A DNA stretch of 64,000 nucleotides from Candidatus Latescibacterota bacterium (lineage in GTDB: Bacteria; Latescibacterota; UBA2968; GCA-2709665): NCBI GenBank assembly GCA_965219995.1, contig CBDCOX010000002.1, positions 3,008,001 through 3,072,000 of the forward strand. Direction: 5' to 3'. Position 1 is the first letter of the stretch; each line of letters starts with the position of its first letter. The notes under the pieces were generated by a model. The model was given only the letters and a program-made list of their open reading frames with translations. It was not told the origin of the DNA and searched no databases. Below are positions 47,873 through 56,511 of the stretch, piece by piece. Made by a program: the position numbers and the translations under genes.

Positions 47873-48768
47873 GGCTGTCCTCCTGATTCCGGCTGGACGT
47901 GGGCGACGAAGGCCTCCTCGAGGCCGACGTCCATCACGTCCTCGATATGCCCGCCCTGCGCCTGGATGCGCGCGGCCTGTTCCTCGCCGTAGTCCACCAC
48001 GGTCAGCAGCCGCCGCGGTCCCTCCCCCTGCACCGAGCGCAGTCCTTCGATGTCCGTCATTCGATCCTCGCCTTCCTGCAGCCGTACTGTGACGCGCTTG
48101 ACCGACCCTTTCACGTCGTCCACCGAGCCCTCGCTCACCAGGCGGCCCTTTTCGATAATCGCCACCCGGTCGGCCACGCGTTCCACCTCGTGGACGAGGT
48201 GAGACGACAGGAAGACCGTGCGGCCTTCCTCCTGGATCAGTCCGATGATGCTTTCAAGAAAGTCGCGACGCACCACCACGTCCAGCCCCGATGCCGGCTC
48301 GTCCAGGACGAGCAGCCGCGGCTCGTGGCCGAGGGCCAGGGTGAGCGCCAGCTGGGCATTCATCCCTCGTGACAGGTGTTTGACCTTCTGCTCCGGATCC
48401 AGGCCGAACCGTTCGATCAGCCCGTCTACCCTGTCCTGGTTCCAGGTCTCGTAGAACTGGCCGGTGAACCAGACGAGTTCCCGTACTCTCATCCATCCGT
48501 ACATCACCCGGTTTTCGGCCACGTACCCCACCTGCCGCCGCAGCGCCAGGGAGTCACTTGCCGGATCCAGCCCCAGAACCTCCGCCCTTCCACCGGTCGG
48601 CCGAAGCAGGTTCATGAGAATCTGGATCGTCGTGGTCTTGCCCGCGCCGTTTCGGCCGAGGAATCCGCAGACCGTCCCCGCGGGCACCTCCAGATGCAGA
48701 TCGTCCACCGCTGTGAGTTTGCCGAAGCGGTGGGTCAAGCCCTCGATTGCGATCGCTGTATCGTTCAT
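47869..48768 (-). CDS. ABC transporter ATP-binding protein
   Basis: GRNGAGKTT, LSRGM, LDEP, SSH. Confidence 0.92.
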   Translation of the reverse strand: MNDTAIAIEGLTHRFGKLTAVDDLHLEVPAGTVCGFLGRNGAGKTTTIQILMNLLRPTGGRAEVLGLDPASDSLALRRQVGYVAENRVMYGWMRVRELVWFTGQFYETWNQDRVDGLIERFGLDPEQKVKHLSRGMNAQLALTLALGHEPRLLVLDEPASGLDVVVRRDFLESIIGLIQEEGRTVFLSSHLVHEVERVADRVAIIEKGRLVSEGSVDDVKGSVKRVTVRLQEGEDRMTDIEGLRSVQGEGPRRLLTVVDYGEEQAARIQAQGGHIEDVMDVGLEEAFVAHVQPESGGQP

Positions 48769-48793
48769 ATCGACTCCCTGTGTTCTGTCCCGG

Positions 48794-49183
48794 TCACTCA
48801 TTGTTCCGAAAGCGGTCGAGCCGTTCCCGGATTACCTGCTCCATCTCCTCAGGAGACAGTTCCAGTTCGACGCCCTGCACCAGCGCCCGGTCGAGCAACT
48901 CCCTTACGATTTCCAGTTTTTCCTCCCGGGATATGGTGACGTCCCGCTCGGCGACGTACGTGCCCATCCCCCGCTTCTTGTAGATGAATCCCTCGCGCTC
49001 CAGCTCCAGATAGGCGCGCGCAACGGTGTTCGGGTTGATCAGGTACTGAGCGGCGAAATCCCTCACGGAGGGCAACTCTTCGTGCGGCTTGAGCACCCCC
49101 CGCGCCATCTGATACCTGATCTGTTCCATCATTTGCAGGTAGATGGGCACGCCGTTGGCCGAGTCTATGCGCAAGGGCAACAT
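48794..49183 (-). CDS. GntR family regulator, YtrA subfamily
   Basis: PIYLQ, LPSVR, INPNTVARAY..LEREG..RGMGTYV; 129 aa; first gene of an ABC operon. Confidence 0.92.
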   Translation of the reverse strand: MLPLRIDSANGVPIYLQMMEQIRYQMARGVLKPHEELPSVRDFAAQYLINPNTVARAYLELEREGFIYKKRGMGTYVAERDVTISREEKLEIVRELLDRALVQGVELELSPEEMEQVIRERLDRFRNNE

Positions 49184-49209
49184 GGCTGTGTTCCTGTGCC
49201 AAGAGTATT

Positions 49210-49265
49210 ACTGTATGAGTGAACCGATACAGTGACATACTAACAAAACCCATCCGGAAATGCAA
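49210..49265 (-). promoter_or_regulatory. Promoter and probable autoregulatory operator of the GntR-ABC operon
   Basis: TTGCAT-N17-TAGTAT with extended TG; inverted repeat ACTGTAT-N10-ATACAGT (49210-49233) just downstream. Confidence 0.7.
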
Positions 49266-49317
49266 GTGCTTTTTTCGAATCGGAGAAAAAGCGGTGCGGT
49301 GAACTTCGCGGAAGGGC

Positions 49318-49343
49318 GGGCGCCCACAAGGGGCGCCCCTACA
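49318..49343 (-). repeat. GTAG-type REP-like palindrome
   Basis: Reverse complement TGTAGGGGCGCCCCTTGTGGGCGCCC. Confidence 0.7.
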
Positions 49344-49665
49344 ATCACGGGTAGCGACGGCAGGGTGATGGCACGGGGGAATTGCCCACACCCAAGTCGC
49401 AGGAGATGCTTCGTCAAGTTCCTGGGTTTTCGGGGGACCGGCACACATTTTGCAGCCATTGACACCAGGCGCGACTGCGAGTTTCGGTTTCGCTGCAGAA
49501 TCTCGGAGCAAAGGAATTGCGTTCGGAAAACCTCACGAAAGACATCGTTGTGCGCCGCATACTGAAGTTGGTTTTTTTGCCTTTGTCATTGTTGCATTTC
49601 CCATTGACAGCGCGCGATCTTTATTCTTAATTTTATTTCATTGGCGCAAGAAGGGAGAGGCCCGA

Positions 49666-50103
49666 GTGAAGTGGGTGTCCATTTGGAGCGTCAAGGAATC
49701 TGACAGGATTTTGTTTGGAGTTTTGTCGGTCCTGGTGTTCATCATTGGTGCGTTGGATCTGGTTTCCAGAAAGAGCTGGTCCGGCCTTTATTTTTCCGAA
49801 GACGTAGTCATTTTGGGCGCCTGGTCGGTCACTTTCGCCTACTTCACAATAGGAGCAATTGACATCATGGGTATGTTCGTTGGGACGATGACTGAATACG
49901 TGGCCGAATGGTATAAAAACAGGGTTCTCGAAAACGCGCGCGAAGAGATGCGGGAACAGGTTCGTGAGGAAGTCCGAGAAGAGATTCGAGAGGAAATCCG
50001 GGAACAGGTTCGTGAGCAAGTCCGAAATCAGGTTCGAGAGGAAGTCCTTCAGGAACTTCGGGAGGGCAGTCAGGACAAGACAGATGCTGGTGAAGTAAAG
50101 TGA
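49666..50103 (+). CDS. Hypothetical membrane protein with RE(E/Q)(V/I) tetrapeptide-repeat tail
   Basis: Two hydrophobic segments then REEMREQVREEVREEIREEIREQVREQVRNQVREEV; GGAGAGG RBS. Confidence 0.7.
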   Translation: MKWVSIWSVKESDRILFGVLSVLVFIIGALDLVSRKSWSGLYFSEDVVILGAWSVTFAYFTIGAIDIMGMFVGTMTEYVAEWYKNRVLENAREEMREQVREEVREEIREEIREQVREQVRNQVREEVLQELREGSQDKTDAGEVK

Positions 50104-50183
50104 ACATCCCGTTCCAATAAACCTGATAAACTGCAACTTCCAGACTGTGTTGGTATTGGATTTCCTGTAAGAGTGTCATTCGG

Positions 50184-50272
50184 TATAATTACAATGTGGC
50201 AAGCATATTGCCCCCCGGAGGATAGCATTCTCCGGCCGACGCTCCTGTCCGCAGCAGGGGCGTTTCTTTTTC
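50184..50272 (+). ncRNA. Candidate structured RNA/attenuator, copy 1
   Basis: TATAAT, then CCGGAGGAT-AGC-ATTCTCCGG hairpin, then GC hairpin with T tract. Confidence 0.55.
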
Positions 50273-50300
50273 AATGCGACGGTTTTCGTGCGATTGACAA

Positions 50301-50450
50301 CACCCCGCCGCGTCAGCCCTCGCCGGTCCATCGACCCTTCGACATTTCGACACCCTTCGACCCTTCGGCAGGCTCAGGGCAACGCATGCTCAGGGAGCGA
50401 GGTCGATGCAGGCAGGCTCACGGTACCGACTCGGCTTCCGCTTGACACCC
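50301..50450. repeat. Multiply nested TTCGAC...GCTCA palindromic repeat
   Basis: Successive (C/T)TTCG(A/G)C left halves followed by successive GCTCA(G/C)GG right halves. Confidence 0.7.
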
Positions 50451-50552
50451 ATATTGCAGGTTGTTAAATTACAATGTGCTAAGCATATTGCCCCCCGGAG
50501 GATAGCATTCTCCGGCCGACGCTCCTGTCCGCGGCAGGGGCGTTTCTTTATT
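50442..50552 (+). ncRNA. Candidate structured RNA/attenuator, copy 2, with promoter
   Basis: TTGACA-N17-TAAATT; 50481-50549 matches 50201-50269 at 68 of 69 positions. Confidence 0.55.
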
Positions 50553-50652
50553 ATGCAACATCAAGCATACCGCGTACCAGGAAAGTGATTCGCCTGATTG
50601 TGTCAAGTGTCCGATGCCAGTCTATGTGTCAGCCTCATAGGAGCAGGATGTC

Positions 50653-51330
50653 TTGTTGACCTCGGAAGAATGGATGGTTCTGGCCCTGTCGCTGCGCGTG
50701 GGGCTGGTCTGCGTGCTGTTGAGCCTGCCCGCGGCGGTGATCCTGGGTTGGGTGCTTGCCAGGCGTGAATTCCGGGGCAAAGTGCTGCTTGACGGGCTGT
50801 GCCACCTGCCCCTGGTGCTGCCCCCTGTGGTGACCGGGTACGTGTTGCTGTTGCTGTTCAGCCGTCGAGGTTTTCTGGGGGGCTTTCTGGAACAGGCGCT
50901 GGGATTTCAGGTGGCGTTTACCTGGAAAGGGGCGGCGCTGGCGTCGGCTGTTGTGGCATTCCCCCTGGCGCTGCGCGCCATCCGGCTGGCCATCGAGGCG
51001 GTGGACCCCAGGTTGGAACACGCGGCCCGCACATTGGGCGCGGGACGGCTCAGGGTCTTCCTGACGGTAACGCTGCGGCTGGCCGCGCCCGGGCTGCTGG
51101 CAGGCGCATTGCTGGCATTCGCGCGAAGCCTGGGAGAGTTCGGCGCCACGATCACCTTTGTGTCGAATATCGCCGGGGAGACGCGGACGCTGCCCCTGGC
51201 GATCTTCACCTACATCAACCGGCCCGGCGGCGACGCGGCCGTCGCCCGTCTGGCGATTCTGTCCGTCATCCTGTCCTTTGCGGCGCTGGTGGCCGGCGAG
51301 GTGGTGGCCCGGCGAATGAGGAGAACATGA
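50653..51330 (+). CDS. modB: Molybdate ABC transporter permease
   Basis: LPLVLPPVVTGY, LEHAARTLGA, FARSLGEFGAT, NIAGETRTLPLAI. Confidence 0.93.
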   Translation: MLTSEEWMVLALSLRVGLVCVLLSLPAAVILGWVLARREFRGKVLLDGLCHLPLVLPPVVTGYVLLLLFSRRGFLGGFLEQALGFQVAFTWKGAALASAVVAFPLALRAIRLAIEAVDPRLEHAARTLGAGRLRVFLTVTLRLAAPGLLAGALLAFARSLGEFGATITFVSNIAGETRTLPLAIFTYINRPGGDAAVARLAILSVILSFAALVAGEVVARRMRRT

Positions 51331-51331
51331 C

Positions 51332-52411
51332 GTGCTCTCCATCCGCGTGAAACGGTCGCTACCGGGATTTACCCTTGAAGCGGCGGTGGAATGTCCCTAT
51401 CCGGTCACCGCGATCTTCGGGCCTTCCGGCGCCGGAAAGACCACGCTGCTGGACCTCGTGGCGGGCCTGCACGCACCGGACGACGGCGAGATCCGTCTGA
51501 ACGACCGCGTGCTCTTCTCCTCCGAAACGGGCGTGAATCTGCCGCCCGAACAGCGCCGTGTGGGGTACGTGTTTCAGGAAGACCTGCTGTTTCCACATCT
51601 GACCGTGATGGAAAACCTGCGGTACGGTTACGACCTCCTGCCTCCGGATTCGCGCCGGTTCGAGGTGGGACCGGTTGTGGATCTGATGGGACTGTCCGGC
51701 CTGCTCGACCGGCGTCCGGCGCGTCTGTCGGGCGGCGAACGGCAGCGGGTGGCGCTGGGTCGGGCGATTCTGGCCTCGCCGGAACTGCTCCTGATGGACG
51801 AGCCCCTGGCGTCGCTGGATCAGGAACTGAAAGACCGCATCATCCCGTACCTGCGGCATATCAGGTCGGACCTGGGCATCCCGATTCTCTATGTGAGCCA
51901 TTCGGTCGCCGAGATCCTGGAGTTGACCGGACAGGTGATTGTCCTGAAAGCCGGACGCGTGCTTGCCCACGGGGACTTTTTTCACGTTGTCCATCACCCC
52001 GAGGTGCTGCCGCTGGCCGAGGCGCACGGGTTCGAAAACGTGCTGCCGGTGGAGGTGGTGGCGCAGGACGGGTCTCGAAGAGGCTGCCGCGTGCGTTTCG
52101 GAAGTCAGGAGCTTCGGGTGCCCCCCTGCGACAGGCCCGCGGGAAGCCGGATTTTTATCGGCATTCGTGCAAACGACATCATCCTGAGCAGGAAACAGCC
52201 GGAGGGGTTGAGCATTCGCAATGCGATGCGGGGCCGGATCCTCGACGTGCAGGACGTGGACGGCAAACAACTGGTCTACGTGGACGTGGGAAAACGGCTG
52301 GCCGTGGAGGTGACCCTGGAAGCGCTGGAGGAGTTGGGCCTGGAGGTCGGCGACCCGGTGTTGTGCCTGGTGAAAGCCCACTCGATACGAATCGGCCCGA
52401 ACGTGGATTGA
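51332..52411 (+). CDS. modC: Molybdate ABC transporter ATP-binding protein
   Basis: GPSGAGKTT, LPPEQRRVGYVFQ, LSGGE, TOBE/Mop tail (LSIRN...LVKA). Confidence 0.93.
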   Translation: MLSIRVKRSLPGFTLEAAVECPYPVTAIFGPSGAGKTTLLDLVAGLHAPDDGEIRLNDRVLFSSETGVNLPPEQRRVGYVFQEDLLFPHLTVMENLRYGYDLLPPDSRRFEVGPVVDLMGLSGLLDRRPARLSGGERQRVALGRAILASPELLLMDEPLASLDQELKDRIIPYLRHIRSDLGIPILYVSHSVAEILELTGQVIVLKAGRVLAHGDFFHVVHHPEVLPLAEAHGFENVLPVEVVAQDGSRRGCRVRFGSQELRVPPCDRPAGSRIFIGIRANDIILSRKQPEGLSIRNAMRGRILDVQDVDGKQLVYVDVGKRLAVEVTLEALEELGLEVGDPVLCLVKAHSIRIGPNVD

Positions 52412-52445
52412 AGGAGCCGGGTGACGGGGTCCGATCCGATGCCCT

Positions 52446-53402
52446 TCATCCCTGCCCTGATTCCTCGCCGTCATAGAGCAGCCTGAGAAGGGCAAGGAAG
52501 AGCCGGTCGCGCCGGTTTCGCGCCTGATCGATGGATTCGGGTGTGTATTCGTGGAAACCGCGGCCGGTCTTGACGCCGTAGTGCCCCGCTTCAACCAGTT
52601 TCTCGATGTTGCGAGGAAGTTCGGTGTCGGACCGGATGTCCTGAACGAGGATCCGGTAGACGAGAGCCGAGACGTCGAGACCGCCGAAGTCCCGCACGGT
52701 CAGGGGTCCGATGGCGGCCAGGCGGAATCCGACGCTGGCCCGGACCGCCCGGTCGATATCCTCGGCCTCGGCCACGCCTTTGTCGAGCAGGTCCCAGACT
52801 TCACGCTGCATGGCGACCTGGATGCGGTTGACCAGGAAGCCCGGGAGTTCCTTCTTGAGGGGCACCGGAACCTTGCCGATACGTTCCAGGACGTTTACGG
52901 CGGTCCTTACCGTCGACCCGGTCGTGCGCTCTCCGGGTACGACTTCCACTAGCGGCACCAGATGGGGCGGATTGAACCAGTGGGTAACCACGGCCCGGAC
53001 GGGATGCGAAAGGTCCCGGGAAATGTCGGTCATGGGAAAGGAAGAGGTATTGCTGGCCAGAATGGTCTCCCGCGAGACGACGGCTTCAACGCGGGCGAAG
53101 CATTCCCGCTTGACGTCCAGGTCCTCGCGAATGGCTTCCGTAACAAACCCGGCGGGTTCCACGGCGTCGCGTTCGCTGTTGAACACGGCGATGCGTCCAA
53201 GTGTCTTCGCGACCGTTTCCGGCGTGTCCATCCCCGCCTCAATGCGCTGCCGCAGGTTGGATTCGATCCGGCGGTGCAGAGATTTACGTGCCGTCGGGGA
53301 CTCGTCGTAGCAGCGGACCGGGTGTCCCGCGGCCGCGAATGCCTGCGCGATCCCGTGGCCCATCGTGCCCAGGCCGATGACGGCTATGGTCTGGAATTCC
53401 AT
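52446..53402 (-). CDS. 3-hydroxyacyl-CoA dehydrogenase family protein
   Basis: GLGTMGHGIA, EAIREDL, ASNTS, HWFNPP, PGFLVNR. Confidence 0.9.
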   Translation of the reverse strand: MEFQTIAVIGLGTMGHGIAQAFAAAGHPVRCYDESPTARKSLHRRIESNLRQRIEAGMDTPETVAKTLGRIAVFNSERDAVEPAGFVTEAIREDLDVKRECFARVEAVVSRETILASNTSSFPMTDISRDLSHPVRAVVTHWFNPPHLVPLVEVVPGERTTGSTVRTAVNVLERIGKVPVPLKKELPGFLVNRIQVAMQREVWDLLDKGVAEAEDIDRAVRASVGFRLAAIGPLTVRDFGGLDVSALVYRILVQDIRSDTELPRNIEKLVEAGHYGVKTGRGFHEYTPESIDQARNRRDRLFLALLRLLYDGEESGQG

Positions 53403-53411
53403 TTCGTTTCG

Positions 53412-54152
53412 CTAGATTGTCTTGCCGCCGTCCACCACCAGGACCTGACCGGTAACCAGTTCGTTGACGACCAGGCCCAGAATCGCATTGGCGATGTCTT
53501 CGGGTTCCGCGACACGCTGGAGGGGCGTGGCTTCACGATTCACGCGAACGAATTCTTCCCAACCCTTTACCCAGCGTGTATTTACGATACCGGGGGCCAC
53601 GGCGTTTGCCCGAATGCGGGGCGCCTGGCTGACGGCCAGGGATTTGGTGAGGGAGATCAGCGCCGCCTTGGAGGCGCAATACGCGATGGAACTGCCCTGC
53701 CCGCAGGTGCCGGCGATCGATGCCACGCTCACGATCTGCCCCCCGGCTTCGGGCATTCTGGCGATCGCCGCCCTGGCGCAGTAGAAAGCCCCCTTCACGT
53801 TGACGTCGAAGACGGGGTCCCAGGCGTCGTCGGTGAGGGCCTCGAGGTCGGCCAGGGGTACGAAGACGGTGGTACCCGCGTTGTTGACCAGGATGTCCAG
53901 GCGGCCCAGCTCCCCGACCACGCGGTCCACCATCTCACGCACGGCGCTCTCGACCGACACGTCGGTGCGGATTGCGATCGAGTTTCGGCCAAGCGCACGG
54001 ATATCGGCGGCCGTGGCTTCGGCTTCCTTCCTGGAACGCGAATAGTTGACGGCCACGTCGGCCCCTTCCGAGGCGAGCAGCAGACAGGTCGCCCTTCCGA
54101 TTCCCGTGCCGCCGCCGGTCACGAGCGCGACCTTTCCGTCCAAACGGCCCAT
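53412..54152 (-). CDS. SDR family oxidoreductase
   Basis: TGGGTGIG, NNAG, YCASK. Confidence 0.92.
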   Translation of the reverse strand: MGRLDGKVALVTGGGTGIGRATCLLLASEGADVAVNYSRSRKEAEATAADIRALGRNSIAIRTDVSVESAVREMVDRVVGELGRLDILVNNAGTTVFVPLADLEALTDDAWDPVFDVNVKGAFYCARAAIARMPEAGGQIVSVASIAGTCGQGSSIAYCASKAALISLTKSLAVSQAPRIRANAVAPGIVNTRWVKGWEEFVRVNREATPLQRVAEPEDIANAILGLVVNELVTGQVLVVDGGKTI

Positions 54153-54195
54153 ATAGGATCCTTTCGATTTGGTGTATGGGGAGTGTTCTCAAGAA

Positions 54196-55467
54196 CTACG
54201 AATCTGCAAACGGGATGGCGACGACGTCACGGATGTCTGTTGAGCCGGCAAGAACCATCAGCAAACGATCGACGCCCAGGGCGATCCCGCCTGCCGGCGG
54301 CATACCCGCTTCGAGGGCGCCCAGGAATTGTTCGTCGATCGGATAAGCCGGACGACCGCTGTCCTGTCGCTGCGCCGCTTCATCTACCAGCCGGGCCCTC
54401 TGTTCCGCGGGGTCGTTCAGTTCCGTAAAGGCGTTGGCGAGTTCCACGCCCGAAACATATAGCTCGAACCGCTCCGCGATACCGGGCGCATTCTGTTTCA
54501 ATCTGGCGAGAGCCGCCATCTCCGCGGGGTAATCCACGAGAAAGGTCGGGCGTCCCGCGCCGAGGCGTTTTTCCACGGCATCCAGAAACACCTTGAAATA
54601 GGCGATCTCAAACGCATCGCCGGAAACGACCGACCGGTGGCCCCTCCGGCGCGCTTCGCGAATGAACGCGTCGAGATTTTCCGCGGGATCGGAATTCACG
54701 CCGGCGTACCGTTCAAATGCTTCCCGCACGCTCAGGCGTTCCCACGGGGGGGTGAAGTCGACGGTTCGACCCCGGTACACGATGGATGATTTCCCGGTGA
54801 GTTCACGGACCAGGCCATGAATCAGATTCTCCGTGTCACCCATGATGGCGGTGTAGTCGGCGTAGGCCCGGTACCATTCGAGGAGCGTGAATTCGGGGCT
54901 GTGCATGGGTCCGGGCGGGTCCTGGCGGAACGACTTGCAGATCTGGAAGATGCGTTCGTACCCGGCCGCCAGGAGGCGCTTCATCGCGTATTCGGGTGAG
55001 GTCGGCAGATAATACTGTTTCACGTGCCCGTTGGCGCGGTAGTGGGTTTCGAAGGCGTCCAGATGGGGTTCCATGCCGGGGCTGCGAACGAGCAGCGGCG
55101 TTTCGACTTCCAGGAATCCCGCGTTCTCGAAAAAACGCCGCACGAATGAAAGAACCCGGGCGCGCAACCGCAGGATCCGGGATGCGGGTCCTGATTCGGG
55201 CGGCCGCAGAGCCGGCGCCAGAACCCGGTGGCTTCGGACCCGAAATGCCGGAGGCCGCCAGACGCCCCGTACCTCCACCACGTCTCCCGGCAGAAGATTT
55301 CCCGACGCCTCGAGGGGCGCTTCGCCCGACTCGTCAACCAGCCGCGGATTGTCCGGCCCCGCGCCGGCAACAATCCGGCCGGCCAGAATCGCATCGTCGC
55401 CCGGCGCAAGGTCCGCGACGCGATGGGTACGGGCGCACCCCGGAGGATATGGTTTGGATTCAGACAT
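54196..55467 (-). CDS. epmA: EF-P lysine aminoacylase (EpmA/GenX) with N-terminal extension
   Basis: FLEVETP, YLPTSPEYAMKRLL, HSPEFTLLEWYR, ERFELY..GVELAN, GIALGVDRL. Confidence 0.85.
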   Translation of the reverse strand: MSESKPYPPGCARTHRVADLAPGDDAILAGRIVAGAGPDNPRLVDESGEAPLEASGNLLPGDVVEVRGVWRPPAFRVRSHRVLAPALRPPESGPASRILRLRARVLSFVRRFFENAGFLEVETPLLVRSPGMEPHLDAFETHYRANGHVKQYYLPTSPEYAMKRLLAAGYERIFQICKSFRQDPPGPMHSPEFTLLEWYRAYADYTAIMGDTENLIHGLVRELTGKSSIVYRGRTVDFTPPWERLSVREAFERYAGVNSDPAENLDAFIREARRRGHRSVVSGDAFEIAYFKVFLDAVEKRLGAGRPTFLVDYPAEMAALARLKQNAPGIAERFELYVSGVELANAFTELNDPAEQRARLVDEAAQRQDSGRPAYPIDEQFLGALEAGMPPAGGIALGVDRLLMVLAGSTDIRDVVAIPFADS

Positions 55468-55701
55468 GCCAATGACCGTGGACCGGTTGGCGCCTGATGG
55501 CGCGGCAAAGATATGGAAAATCTGTGCGGGAACGGACATTCGGAATATAGGTTAACCGGTGTCGGGGAGCAACAGGCATCCGCGCGCGACGGGATTCCAT
55601 ATGGAAAAATCCCTTGCCGACGGTTCTTTTGCGGTCATATATTTCGGGAGTACATTTCTCCAAAGAAGCTTCTGTCGCGATTTCGGGAGGTCCCGACCGT
55701 C

Positions 55702-56283
55702 ATGAAACGCCGAACAGCCACCTGTGCGTTTTTCTGTTCACATGCCTTTATTACATTTACAATGCTCCTGCTTTGCTGCGTTCCGGCGTGGGGCGGCTCT
55801 TTCAAAGCCGGCGCCGGTATCTTCTTCAACAATAATGAACCCGGGGGAGGCGTATCCGTCGACCTGAGCGACGCGGGACTGGGGCTTTCCCCTTTTGCGG
55901 ATTATTTCGGCAACTCCGGGTCGAGCGTCTTCGGCGGCGGGCTCAATATCGTCGCAAAACGCGCCGGGGGCGAGCAGTCGCAACTCTATATCGGCGTGGG
56001 GGGAGGCATCGCCTCAGTGGAGGTCGAAGAATCGTCGGCCGGCATCACCGGTTCGGCGTCAAAAACACAGGCGATGGCAGACTTCGTGCTGGGCATCGAA
56101 TTCGACTTGCACGAAAACGTCGGGGGGTACCTTCAGGTGAAGTGGCTTGGGACCTTCGGCGGAGGCAGAGTAGACATTACGGGTGAGGTTGAGGGAAGGA
56201 CGGTTACGATACCGGACGCGATTGACCTGGAACTCAGAAGTTTCGCCGCCCAGGCCGGCGTATCGATCGGCTTCTGGAAGTGA
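55702..56283 (+). CDS. Small outer-membrane beta-barrel protein, paralogue 1 (start uncertain)
   Basis: Signal peptide; alternating strands SPFADYF, FGGGLN, YIGVGGG, YLQVKW, AQAGVSIGF. Confidence 0.7.
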   Translation: MKRRTATCAFFCSHAFITFTMLLLCCVPAWGGSFKAGAGIFFNNNEPGGGVSVDLSDAGLGLSPFADYFGNSGSSVFGGGLNIVAKRAGGEQSQLYIGVGGGIASVEVEESSAGITGSASKTQAMADFVLGIEFDLHENVGGYLQVKWLGTFGGGRVDITGEVEGRTVTIPDAIDLELRSFAAQAGVSIGFWK

Positions 56284-56511
56284 GTGCCAATGCTGGCGGG
56301 CGGAACGCGTTGTCGGTGATGATCTGAAACTGAACTTCCATCCCCGCGAAAAGATTTGGTGATTGGACACCGCCGGCCTGTCTCCAGAGATGAAGCCGGC
56401 GGTTTTTCGGTTGATTTCCAGCCCTGTTTTGGCGATTATTGATGTGGTCAAACCCTTCTTGAATCCTGATTTTCCAGAGCTCGACGCCGCACCAGACCCA
56501 GGGAGGCTTCA

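Noticed and set aside
50184-50552. CRISPR array or Moco riboswitch
   Set aside because: Only two 69-bp copies with a 211-bp gap and no cas genes; too short for the Moco aptamer as I recall it.
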